NCBI GenBank assembly: GCA_024704765.1
Contig: JAKMXF010000133.1
Coordinates: forward strand, 62,001 to 126,000
DNA length: 64,000 nt
Direction of reading: 5' to 3'
Source of the DNA: Oopsacas minuta
Taxonomy: Eukaryota; Animalia; Porifera
Positions 1-12,074 of this stretch are shown one piece after another; position 1 is the stretch's first letter; every line of letters begins with the position of its first letter. The position numbers and the translations under genes are program-made. Below the pieces are notes generated by a model. It was not told the origin of the DNA, did no database searches, and was given only the letters and a program-made list of their open reading frames with translations.

Positions 1-1269
1 AAAGGGGATCAAAATGATAAAGGAGTACTATAACCCTCAAACAGGAGGAGTGTCAGTTATAAGAGACTATCAACACACGGAATTGTCCAAGCAGGAGGCT
101 GTTAACCTTATGGGGACCATGGATATTGGTGAGTAATTGATATCATAGGGGAGGGACGATTAACTAAGGGTGTTCCTAGGTCTATAAGACCGATTGGATT
201 GGAAATTGGTACATGGGTTATATATCACGTGTAGATACACACCTAAGGTCTAGAATACCCAAACAACAACAACAACAATTTGCTTATTCTTAGATTCAAT
301 CTCAAAAGACACAAACACCATTTCAGTAAGAAGAACAGATGGCAACGAAGTTCTTTTCAATCTTAACTACAAAGCAGATACCAAATTCTTTACTGAAATA
401 TTGGCTGCTATGGATACGATAGAAAGAATGCGGAACAGGAGAGAAACAGCTGATAACATACCTGATTTAATCGCTATAACTTTCACAGGTCTGAAAGATC
501 TGAGATTAAAATACGGAGATAGTTCACCACAGGTAAATTCCTTATATCTCCATAGCAACAAGATTGGAATGTTTGCATATAGGTGTCAGCTGCTATACAA
601 TTATACTCATCACTTCTCCCGAAGCTCACCGATCAGATTGTGTCGTTATATAGTGGTCAAGTGGCGGTGTTTGGGCTAACACTAATCTGGACTAATCCAA
701 CAGGTGTGACTATATCCCAATCAGTTAATGAGGTCTATAATATAGCTAGAGAACACCTAGAGGACAAGGAATTGGACCACTTCCAGGTATGTACCAAGAA
801 CTAATGATGTTATTAGTTCCAGTTTATAGCTAAAATGTCTCTGTCGTATTAACTAGAATATACAGCTTATTGATTAATTATATTTTAACACCTTTTCACA
901 CAGCTAAACTTCCCAGAAGTAATCCTAAACGACGAATCTAAATCAAGCTCTGATAAACTAGACTCCCTCTGCTCCCTGGCAACCGAAATCAACCCAAGAA
1001 TGCAGCTTATGAGAGTCACATGCCCGCACAGGATCAGACGTGACACATTCCTACAAGCAAACAACAATACAAACAACACAATAAATGAGAATTCCTTAGC
1101 AACCGAGAAAAGCGAGGAATTCCCATACATGTTCAACATAATTTTATTAGTGGCGTTAATTTTCATAATAACACTATTCGCGATCAGCTGGTCGATGTGG
1201 CATATGGATCCAGGTGTTGATTCAATTATCTACAGGACAACTGAACCTGTTAAACTCAAGCTAGATTAA
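1..1269 (+). CDS. ATP6AP2: (Pro)renin receptor / V-ATPase accessory protein 2, 5'-partial, multi-exon (approx. 1-130, 294-532, 582-786, 904-1269)
   Basis: The last exon encodes a TM helix followed by WSMWHMDPGVDSIIYRTTEPVKLKLD*, matching the ATP6AP2 tail motif WNMDPGYDSIIYR. GT-AG introns join the upstream exons in frame. Confidence 0.9.
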
Positions 1270-1504
1270 TATCTAAACCGGAACTAAGGATATGTAGTAT
1301 TGGAACTATTGATTATGTGTATTAGTTAACCATGGATGTAATAATCCTATAGTATGTGTTGTGAATTATTAAGTGGCAGTTATGTGGCAGAGTGGCAGTC
1401 GAATGTTGACTATATCCTAGGTGTTCCAGAGGGTGGCCAAGTCACATACGTGACGCAAAAGGTGTTAATTCCATAATATAATAACAATAAACAAACAAAC
1501 ATAC

Positions 1505-2283
1505 CTCAGAATCAATATCCAATATACAAATCTTCCCTGATTTCCTTACAAGTTCTACTGATTTAATACTAAAAAAACGAATAAAAATAGGTGTGAATAA
1601 CCGGAACTAATTACATACCTAGTTCCATATAGGTTACCAGCGTATTCTGTATATTCAATAAACAAATTTGACTTTATTTCTGATTGGAACTGTTCTTTAG
1701 AAATGAAATGATAATCTAGTGATTAATTTATAAAAGGTGTCAAGTGGCTCTGTCACTAAGTGGTTACATAAATACATACACCAGGGGAGAGATGTACCCC
1801 TCGGGGTATTAAGTGTGATATGGAAGTGTTACTTACGCTTTCCATCTATTTCTTTGTCCCTCTTCTGTCGTGTAGTATCTAATAGAGTATAGTCTCTAAT
1901 TACATTAATAGTTATATTTGACAAAATTGGTCCCCTATATGAACGGTTCCCCAAGGGGGGTACATGAACCCTTTGGTGGTCCACATAATGTGCCAATTGT
2001 TATAGAGGTCCACATGTGAAACAGGTTGGGAACCGCTCCCAATATGATTATTAGATAATTAACGATCGATGGTGGGTGTAAGCTATTTGGAAGTTTTGTG
2101 TATCCATGGTAACATATCTAATATTCACTATTGTTGTCAAAACAGAGTAACACCTATAAAGTAAACAAATAACTCACGTGACACAGAGAATTCAAATTGA
2201 CCTGGGTACTCCTTCAGGAGTCTCTGTAAGAGAGTACTCTTACCGACCCCCGAGGGTCCAGATATGACCAAAGGTTGAGCCAT
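1505..2283 (-). CDS. GUK1: Guanylate kinase, N-terminal half (exons 2283-2178, 1878-1837, 1715-1619, 1568-1505); remainder not found in window
   Basis: Not in the ORF track. Manual splicing gives [103 protein letters not shown], with the P-loop [20 protein letters not shown] and CILDID motifs. All intron phases are compatible. Confidence 0.9.
1942..2037. mobile_element. Short degenerate hAT-like MITE relic in a GUK1 intron
   Basis: The ends aacggttcccc and aggttgggaaccgct are imperfect inverted repeats resembling CAGCGGTTCCCAACC. Related ends occur at ~15935-15951 and 22153-22218, and the copies here and at 22153 share tacatgaaccc. Confidence 0.4.
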
Positions 2284-2615
2284 AAAAACAATAAATGGTT
2301 GCTAGGATACAGAAGAAATATGTATACTTTGTGTTAATTCTAAGTTAGTGACAGTTCCATAATCCATGGGTAAGTCTATGTACATATTTTGAAGAATACC
2401 ATAGTTATCAAGTTCTTGCTATTATATAGTTCCAATTGTATACTATTTATAGATTCAGTTCCAGATTACTCTCAGCAGAATACTGTCCTTAACAACCATT
2501 GGAATGTGTATAAGAATTTATTTAAGGTGTTAAGATTAATCATATAAATGTATTCTAAACCAACAAATAATCTTTTACAGCATAGTAACAGAATCTCATA
2601 CAAATATGCAACTAA

Positions 2616-3573
2616 TTAGTGACAACACCCTTGATTAGTGTTAGTCTTAACTTGACTGGTCTGATCCTCATGGCTATGGTTCCGTATTAGAAATTTTGAG
2701 AATTCGAACATTGCTTGATCTATTGTGTCCTTATTCTTAATCGACACCTCAAAGAAGTACCTAATGTCCTCCTGTTCATTAGCGTAGCTTTGTGCTCTGT
2801 GCTTCTCCACCTCTCTGCCCTCCTCTAGGTCCGATTTGGTACCTATACAAGTGTTAGTTCCATATTATATGTGTATTTATGTCATTTATTGGTTAAGTTG
2901 ATCTCAGATGGCAATTTGACAAAATCTTGTCACACATGGCTAAAAGTGGTAAAACCTGAACGACAAGTGGACCTCCTGGGGCGTGACCATATCCCATGAG
3001 AGTTTGAGAAACCTGATACAAACAAACAAACAAACAACAAAAAGTTATCAAACATTCAGCCTTGTTAATTTAATTATACTGGGGTACATACAATAGGAAC
3101 TAATTGCCCCCATGGGTACCCAGCTGTCCTCTATAGATACATAACTAACCTAGTAACATGACAGGGGTGTGTAACCTGGTGTTCTCATGCACTCTACTCA
3201 TCCACACGTTGAGGAGATCAAAGCTTTTATTATCAATAATAGAATATGTTAAACAGACACCATCTGCTCCTCTATAATAATTAGCTGTTATACTATCATA
3301 TGTCTCTGTGCCAGCTGTGTCCCAGATCTCTAGGGTAACCTCCTGTCCATTTATATCAAGAGTTTTATCCATACAGTCTAGTAAACCGATGGAATGTGTC
3401 TCTATCTCAGAGGTGTTATAGTCTGTTTCAGAGTCTTTGGAGCAGTAATTCCTGACAAGAGAGGACTTACCCGTGTGTATGTTCCCAATCATGAGGAGCT
3501 TAAGGGTACAGGGGGGAGCTGGATTGGTCGTTGGTCTGTTCTTACTTGATTTCCTTCCCTCACGACCTGCCAT
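2616..3573 (-). CDS. Divergent Rab-like small GTPase, 2 exons (3573-3150, 2842-2616)
   Basis: G1 is GNIHTGKS, G3 is WDTAGTE, G4 is (G)TKSD across the splice junction, G5 is EVSIK, and the C-terminal GCCH is a prenylation-type motif. Confidence 0.85.
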
Positions 3574-3736
3574 GCTAAATATTAACTAAAATAACTATTA
3601 CACAAACTGGTTGCTATGGAGTATCCCTTTTCATTAGTCAAGTTTATATCAACATCCTCTGTTAATTTACAAATTGTGTCACGTGTAATAAGTGGCACAA
3701 GTGGCAGATCTACATACGTTTAATAACAACACATAA

Positions 3737-6103
3737 TCAGAACCCTAGCGGATGTGTCGCTTTAGGTCCACCCTCTAAAATGACGTCATTTGCTATTTTG
3801 ATTTTATTCTGATCTAGGTCAAGAGTGTCGCTATCTCTGAGCCCTCTCAAATGCCACAATACCCTCTCATGTGCCTCTTGACACCATGAAGTGGTGAGTA
3901 ACACCTGATGCTCCCATGTGGGATTTTGTGTCCGTATAGCGTTAGAAGATCTAGCTATTACAGCAGCCATAGCATAGGTGTCAATGGCAGCTTCTGACAA
4001 TTTTCTGAGCTTGATTTGCTGGTGGATAACATCTTTACCGTGTAGCATTAGTAATCTCTCTACTGCCACTCCGAAGTGGTTCACACATGCCACTAATTGC
4101 TCGACACATTTACCCACCAGGGGATCAGCCATGTAGTCTCGGGAACCAACCAGATTCTTAGCTGACACCTCGTGTATGCCAACTCTGCCACCAATAAAAT
4201 TCAGGAGTGTCCCTGCGTTAGAAAGTGGAGCTTTAAGTGCCTTTTCTAACACCTTTAATCTGTCACCTGCCAGCTGTAACCCTTGTAATGCCACAAATAA
4301 TCTGAGTATCTCATTGGACCCTTCAAATATCCTAAATATCCTCAAATCTCTTAACACCCTCTCTAAACCACATTCCTTCATAAATCCCATCCCTCCGTGG
4401 ATCTGAATAGCCTCATCTGCCACTAACCAGGCAGATTCGGAACCAAACACCTTGCTGATGGCAGCCTCCAGCTGGAAGTCTGTCACACCAGAATCCATCA
4501 CGCCACATATCTGGTATGCCATTGATTCTGTCACAAAGTGTCGCAGTGTCATATTAGCAATCTTCTCTTGTATAACTCCATAGTTGGCCAAATAGTCTCC
4601 AAATTGTTTGCGGTTTCTGGCGTGCTCCACTGACCTTTCTATCAACATCCTCATGGTGCCAGATAGAGCACCTGCCATTCCAAACCTACCGTTGTTAAGG
4701 ATGTTCATTGCTACTTTAAATCCGTCTCCTTCTCCCAGGATTCTGTTCTCAACTGGAACCTAAACAAGAACTATAATAGTTACACTTATGTTACCATCTA
4801 GAACCTCCCTCCGTGGATACCAACCGTGATTATGGAATGCTTTAAACTAGGAATTAGAATATCTTCGCCCAATTATGGGTACAGGGGGACAGTTCAGACC
4901 CCTACAACAGATGTGTAAGAGAATATCCTCCCAATATGTGTATATACATTAGTAACACCTATTGTTCCAATAGTATCACCTTAACATTATCAAAATGTAC
5001 TTCAGCAGTATTACTACACTTTATTCCCATCTTCTTTTCAGGTTGTCCGTGGGTTATACCACCAAATGCCCTCTCTACTATAAACGCTGTAATTTTATCT
5101 TTTACTATGCCACTTGAATCTGTCACAGGTGTCTTTGCGAAAACTGTGAAAATATCCGCCACACCTCCGTTAGATATCCAGATCTTTCCTAAACGGTTAA
5201 ACGATTGAATAGTTGAATGGTTGAATGGTTATATAGTGTTTCCTCCACAAACGGGGAAATTTTCGGGGTCGCTGTCACCTCGTTTAATTGGTCAAGTGAT
5301 AGGGGGACAATCTCACCTCCATTTAGTATATAATTCCTCCCATCTGGTGTCAGTTCCGCTCGTGTCTTAATAGAAAATGCGTCACTTCCAGAACCTGGCT
5401 CCGTCAGACAGTAAGCTGCCATGTGTTCCCCTGTTGCTAATTTGGGTAGATATCTCATTTTCTGTTCCTCACTCCCATATAGGATTATACCTACGTTAGT
5501 GGTTCAGTTAATATGGAACTATGGATACATAACACCTTATAGTTCCAGTTTAACCAATTGGTACTTACCTTTAAGTCCAATTGACTGATGAGCACCTAAC
5601 ACGATACCAAACCCCAAATCATATCTCCCCATAATCTCTGTCATACGACAGTACTGAGTGTTATTGAGACCCAGACCATTGTACCTCTCCGGGATCTGGA
5701 GACCAAACGCCCCCTGTCTCTTGGCCCTCTCCATCATCTCTGGATCCACAAAAGCCTGTTCGTCGTATTTAGGAGAGTCGAATTCTTCTAAAAAGAACTT
5801 GTCAGTTGGGTCCACGTATAATCGCAGAGTTTCTAGCTGATCAGCTGATAAACTATCTGGGTAAGGGAACAGCTGATCCGTGTACAGCTGTCCGTTAAAC
5901 AAACCTAAAAATAGAACATTTATTATACCCGTTATGGTTACCAAAGGTGTGAAAATATCTAAAAAATAGCTACCTGCTACGAATGATCTGTTATCCATAT
6001 CTTGAGGTTTAGCATCAGCTGTTTGAGTACGAATTATTTGTACCATGGGTCTCATAGGGACACGGGATAGCCCTCTCCGCATAAGTGACAATGATTTGAT
6101 CAT
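3737..6103 (-). CDS. ACADVL: Very-long-chain acyl-CoA dehydrogenase, 5 exons
   Basis: Motifs [90 protein letters not shown] and a C-terminal HPLGF. The N-terminus is Arg-rich, like a transit peptide. Confidence 0.93.
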
Positions 6104-6430
6104 ATTGCTAGTAAACAACAAACAAACAAACAAATAATGTTACTATACATTCCTATCATTAGTTTGCGTATCCAAGGCAACGTAGATATGTATTACATGT
6201 TTTAGTAATAAGATAATTATTTCAATGTATTATTTACTAATCCGTAATTGACACCTTTGATGGCAACAATTCAATTGTTTAGAAGTTGTATACATAATAT
6301 ATTAATCACAATAACAACAGTAAACCTACGACACACAGAATAAGTATTATTAATTGTGTCATGATTGTGCCACTATGCCACGTGGATATCAAAATGTATA
6401 AATAGGCAAATATACAGAATAAAGTGATAA

Positions 6431-7537
6431 ATGGATAAGTTAAGAGCTGCTCTTATAGATGTGTCGGGTCTTGCTAAGATCGCTGCCAAAATGCCACAAT
6501 CTAAAAGTGGCATGAATTCACAAGTGGCAGAAAATATTCTGGTATATAACACGCCTAATTTCACACTCTCTTCGCAAAGTGACACACTCAGTTTAGGGGA
6601 GCAAAGTTGCATAAATTCACTACCAAGTTTGATCGTGCCACCAAATGAAACTGGAACTAATGAAGTGGTTAACGCGCCAAGGATAGGATCAATATTAAGC
6701 GAAAAACGAGCCAACCAAATTGCAGAGTTTCTAAACGAAGCTGTTGCCTTGATACGAGATGGTATGAAAGGAATGTTGACAAATTCTCTAGGAAATGGCG
6801 CCAAAGAAGAAGGGGATTCGTTAAGGCGGGAAATAGAAACCAACAACCAATCAATTCGCGAGATACATGAACTGCATAATCGTATTATTCAAGAGAGACA
6901 AGATTTACTGGGAAAAGTGGCAGAGACAGAGAGTGAAGTGGTTCAAAAAGTGGCAGAATATGGCGCACTTTTGAATAAAGTGGAAATTCTAGAGATGGAG
7001 TTGAAGGCAACCAATCAATCTTTGAGGAATATGGCACACAATAATGTTGTCATAAAAGTGGAAGTAGAAAAGTTCAAGAAAATATCACAAATTTTACAAA
7101 ACGATCTGACTGAAAGTGGAAATGTGGAAACGAATTTGAGGCGTGAAATTATGGAACTTAAACAGAAACTAACCGAAAAAGATATCGAAAGTTTGGATTG
7201 GCAAAGTAAACTCCTACAATTACAAGAAAAAGTAAATTTCCCTGAAACAACAGGACAACAAATCGAACCAACAAAACAAATAGAAAATAGTAAACAAACA
7301 TATTTCGTCAGTCTTCTCAAAACTCAAGAAATTCTTGAAAAAGTGTCACAATTGAGAGACAAGGCGACACACGAGGATTTCAATTCACACCTCAAAGTGG
7401 CAGAGATATCAATCAACGATTTGGTCCGAGAACATGAAATATGCAAGGACACAATGTTCTTAATTAGGCGTGACATGCTACAGGACACTTCTCGTGACAT
7501 CTTAAATGTGACGCAAAGTGGAACTATAAATAAATAG
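6431..7537 (+). CDS. Intronless coiled-coil protein of unknown function (368 aa)
   Basis: Long uninterrupted ORF with an E/K/Q/L-rich heptad pattern. No domain recognised. Confidence 0.7.
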   Translation: MDKLRAALIDVSGLAKIAAKMPQSKSGMNSQVAENILVYNTPNFTLSSQSDTLSLGEQSCINSLPSLIVPPNETGTNEVVNAPRIGSILSEKRANQIAEFLNEAVALIRDGMKGMLTNSLGNGAKEEGDSLRREIETNNQSIREIHELHNRIIQERQDLLGKVAETESEVVQKVAEYGALLNKVEILEMELKATNQSLRNMAHNNVVIKVEVEKFKKISQILQNDLTESGNVETNLRREIMELKQKLTEKDIESLDWQSKLLQLQEKVNFPETTGQQIEPTKQIENSKQTYFVSLLKTQEILEKVSQLRDKATHEDFNSHLKVAEISINDLVREHEICKDTMFLIRRDMLQDTSRDILNVTQSGTINK

Positions 7538-7623
7538 GTGTTAAAATGTGCATATATAAACCCAGGAATATTGTAAGTAGTTATTAGAAGTTATTAAATG
7601 TAGATTTTGATAAAAATAGATTT

Positions 7624-8248
7624 ATGGCTGAAAAAGTGGCAGAGAAAGGTGCGAAACTTCAATTAACAAGGATGCCATTTGGGATTGTGACATTCAATAA
7701 GGACACAATTATGACACTTCGTACTGAGTACCATATTACAGGTAGCATGGCAGGCTGCCACCCAATCATGCCACATCAAAGCAGACACCGAGGCGTGCCA
7801 CTTTTGCTAATGAATGAAGAAGTGACACTCTTAAGAGAACTAGAAGTTGTCGAGTTTAGTGGCGGATGGGATTACCCAGAAAATGAAAGAGACAAACTGT
7901 GCTACCAAGTTAGTGTAATATGGAACTAATAAACAAGTAAACAAACAAACAAATAATTTTTGTTTACAGATATACAAATCTCTATGGAAAGAGGGCTACT
8001 ACATCACAGAGGGGTCAAAATTCGGAGGAGACTACCTGGCCTACCCAGATGATCCAATAAGAGTACATTCCACACATGTAGTGGTTGTCAAGGAAGGGTG
8101 TGAACTATTTACACCCAGGGATCTGATTGGTGGAGGGCGAGTGGCGAATAAGACAAACAAGAACCTGTTATATGCCACCTTGGATGAGAATGGTATACCA
8201 AATTATATTAGTGTAGAATGGAGTGGATTAGTTGGCTCAGAAAAGTAA
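7624..8248 (+). CDS. TSEN34: tRNA-splicing endonuclease catalytic subunit Sen34, 2 exons (7624-7908, 7970-8248)
   Basis: Exon 1 has GVPLLLMNEEVTLL. Exon 2 has IYKSLWKEGYYITEGSKFGGDYLAYPDDPIRVHS...GRVANKTNK, retaining the Tyr/His/Lys catalytic-type residues. Confidence 0.9.
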
Positions 8249-8946
8249 TTGTGACATGCGACACATGAAAATTGACTACACAACCACAGCCAGAAGTGGC
8301 ACAAGTGGACAAATTACTATTATTTATTATTAGGTTCCAATTGGAACCACGAAAGAAATTATGTAAAAATATTTGTTGTCTTTATGAATTTTTATTCATA
8401 CTGAATCAAACAAAAATTGTATTAATTCATTTTTGATAATATTTTTCGTCAAACTATTGTGGTTGTGTTTAAATAAGGTTACTACGAGACATTCCTAATA
8501 GCATTTATTGTATCTATGGAGCAATAGAGTCACACATAGGGACAACAGGGGACCCGTACACCCTGTCCGGAGATCCAACAGCAGAATTATTCTCATTGAA
8601 GGGAACGAAAAATTAGCACCCTTCATGTCTGGTTATAGGTGTTAACTTAGGGTACAGTGTACATATGAGAGGACACATGACACCTCTAGGGCGCCGTCAC
8701 CCATCAGACAATCCCCATGAATAGAAACCAAATCCTCTTGAGTAATTAAATCAAAGTTAACTCACCAAAAGGTGTGAAACAGCTGTCTCTATAATATACA
8801 TTATATATCACAAGACTAATCAGATTACAGCTATATACCAGCTGTAATCTGATTGGCTCCTGACACATTATGCATAAACAAAAACTATAAAAGGAAATGC
8901 GAAATTATTTTATTATTTTATTTTTTATATTTTATTATCCCAAATT

Positions 8947-10659
8947 ATGGATCAGCCCTTGGACCAAAATAAAACGATCCCGTCCCTCCCGAAGATATAT
9001 CAACCGACACAAGAGCTCGTCACCACACACCTGGGGGAACCATATTATGCACGACATGACTACCATGTTTTTGAGACCACACGACCCAAAAACATCCCTC
9101 TTAACTTTGAGTATAACAGTCTTCATGACCCGAATCTCCGCTACTATTTCAACAGGCCGCACATGCTCGACCGTCTCCAGAAACTGGAACTAATCAATGA
9201 GAACCGTAACGTCATTTGCAGCATGAAGTTTCATCACATATTCCGCGATGCTATGGAGTACGAAGCCAGGAAATTGAGAGATAAACAATACGATGAAGAG
9301 AGACGTAACGGAAAGGAGGCAGCTCCGAAAAATCCAAGTAAAATTGACGAAAGGATAAATAAGGTAGATAATCGGGTCAAACCGAGGTGTTAATAACTGG
9401 AACTAATGAAGGAATTGATATACAGATATATTAGGTGAAGCAGTTCAAACAGAAGCAGGAGAAAGCACAGCAGTATTTACGGAATAAAATACAGAAACAG
9501 AGTGAGTACGATCAAAAAGAGGTTGACAGAAGGAGACAGGAGGCAGCTAAGGAGAAGCAGCGCCGTGAGATAGAGAGAGAGGCTGAAAGAGAGAGGAAAC
9601 TAACTCTCATGATAGAGAGAGAGCAACAGCTATTAGTAGGGAGAAGGAAGATGGTAAGTAGCAGAGACCATGAGGAACAGAAGAGAGCTACAAGTATAAG
9701 GCAACACAAAGAACAGAGAGTGTTACATCATCATGACGTCATCGCACAGAGGTCTGTTCATTTCAAGGTTTTGGTCCATATTTGTACAATTTCACACATC
9801 GATATAAGCGGGGCTGACTGTATTAAGAAATCTCAAACAATTTTTATAATACACAGAAATAGAAAATATTATCGCTTCCACAATTGCTTGTGGCTCAACC
9901 ACTTTAGATTGCCATATATCGAAAAATGTATGTCAGAGTGCCGTCACTCCGGAAATTTATGTCTCAGGACAATTCGTCCTACAAATAATGCACTGTACTT
10001 GGATAAATAATCATAAAATGTTGTTGTTGTTGTTGTTGAAATAAGGCGTAAATAGGTTCAGGAGATGGGATGAGCATCACGGTAAGATAATGGACGAACA
10101 GGCGAGCAGGAAGAGACAGATCGATGAAGAGAAGCGCAGAAATAGAGCTAAGAGAGAGAAGATCTTCAGAATCCTACAGAACAGACAGGAAGCTACTCAC
10201 CAGAAGTTATTAGAGAAGAATCATGATGAAGTAGAACAGCTGTATATTGAAGCTAATGCGAGAGAGCAGGAATGGATAGAGAAGAGAAGCAGGGCTATAC
10301 ACGAATGGAAAAAGCATCAGGAACATATGTTACATGGTACACCCCCTCATGTACTCACCCCTCCTACCATGGGGTGTCTAAATACCCCCACTGCCCCCAA
10401 CATAGCTAAACAGGTGATTAAATATACATAGAACCATAATTATCTAATACATGTCCTTATATGGTATGTTTAGATGGGAGAACAGGAAGTAGTAGAGTAC
10501 GTGATTAAGCAAGAGAAGCAGAAGAGAGAGAGCATAAAACAGACAGCACTGGCTCACAGACGTGTCACCTGCACCAAGAAAGTACAGGGCACATTCTCGA
10601 CGGTGTTAGCAGAGAGGGCCATCAGATCCGCCATCGATATCTACCAATCAAATGTCTAG
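8947..10659 (+). CDS. FSIP2 (fibrous sheath-interacting protein 2) N-terminal-like domain plus charged coiled coil, about 4 exons
   Basis: EYNSLHDPNLRYYFNRPHMLDRLQKLELINENRNVICS resembles the FSIP2 motif YKSLHDPHL.AYY.RKD.L.RL.K.G.IT.NNKVVC. E/K/R-rich exons follow with GT-AG boundaries. Confidence 0.6.
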
Positions 10660-10752
10660 GATTATTATGTACTGATTGTTACTGGAACAATAAACCGCAC
10701 TAATTGTTAACCTAGCAACAGATTTATACAATTGGAATGTTAATATAACTGA

Positions 10753-11940
10753 CTATATAGATTTCCTGTACAATTCTATTTCCCGCTGGAACCCCTTGCT
10801 GGAGTGGCAGGGGGCACCTAACACCTCTCTTTTAACGAACCCAACTTCTGAGGTTAAATATTCCGCGAATTGGGAGGGTCTCATTTTCATGTTCCGATAG
10901 TGCTCTCTCATATGAGGAGACATTTTAGCCCTCTTAGCGTATCCCCCGTAGTTCTGAGACTCTAGTATCAGCACCCCATCAGGAGATAAGTCTTTATAGA
11001 TTCTGTAACAAATATTATTATTTGATTATAGGATTAGCTGTAAACAATAACAAACCTCATAAACAACCTTCTGACACCTTCATCTCCCCAGTTCAGCTGT
11101 ATCCACTTTGTGACGCTAAGACACAATATTACGTCATAACTCACATCAGGGACATACCTATCTAACTGCTCGTTGCTAGGCAACACATAGTTATGTGTCC
11201 TGAAGCTGATATTCTGTGGGAACATTCCTACTTCAAGTTTAACAGTTGGAGCAGAGCCTATTGAGGAGATAGGGTACTTGGACACGACAGGACCTAGCAA
11301 GTACTTAACAGACCTATTGGCCCGTTTAATTAGTTCCGGGTCGATATCGATACCCTCTATAAAGCGAGGTGTGAAATCTCTAGCTATACGTATAGTAATG
11401 GCGCCTGAATTGCAACCAATATCCAAACACTTTTTGTTTTGAAATATTTCTGATTTAAATAATTCCATTCTTGGGTCTTGTGAAGATTCCATTCTGTAAC
11501 CATAGTAACAGGGGTAGTTTCCGTATATGTAAGTTTTATTTTTAGTAACAATCGTGTCCAGCTGTTTGGCGGGTAAACATTCTATCTGTTCTGATTCTAA
11601 ATTTATAAATATTATAATACATTTGAGATTTATCATATTTGTGTTTACCTTTATTTTTATTGTTTACTTCAACTGTTTTGCTATATTTCCTCTTTTTGGG
11701 GTTCTGGGTAGATTTGAGATTTAGCGGGTCTCTGGGGTTAATTGGTTCTGAGGCTGGTTCCTGTTTAAAAGGTGTTAGTTCCATATTAGAGTCTCCAGTA
11801 GATAAACAGAGAGGATCTGTCTCAGTGAATGAGATAGTTCTCTGTCTCTTCCTCAATTGGATATGAGAGGGTCTGGTTTGTTTGTGTTTACATTTTGAGG
11901 TGTTGATTTGTTTTGTTGTTTCGTATACTTTACAAGCCAT
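10753..11940 (-). CDS. MEPCE: 7SK snRNA methylphosphate capping enzyme (Bin3 family), 3 exons
   Basis: YIYGNYPCYYGYR, CLDIGCNSG (SAM motif I), YDVILCLSVTKWIQLNWGDEG, ILESQNYGGY and GFQREI. Confidence 0.92.
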
Positions 11941-12074
11941 CGCTAATATTTGTATAAAGGTGACAAAATATGATATATTGTGACACTTTTGTGTCGCTAA
12001 ACCATTTCAATATTTAGGTATTCATTGTTTACATGTGAATAAGTGATAATTAGTTAAAGAATGTTTTAAACAAC

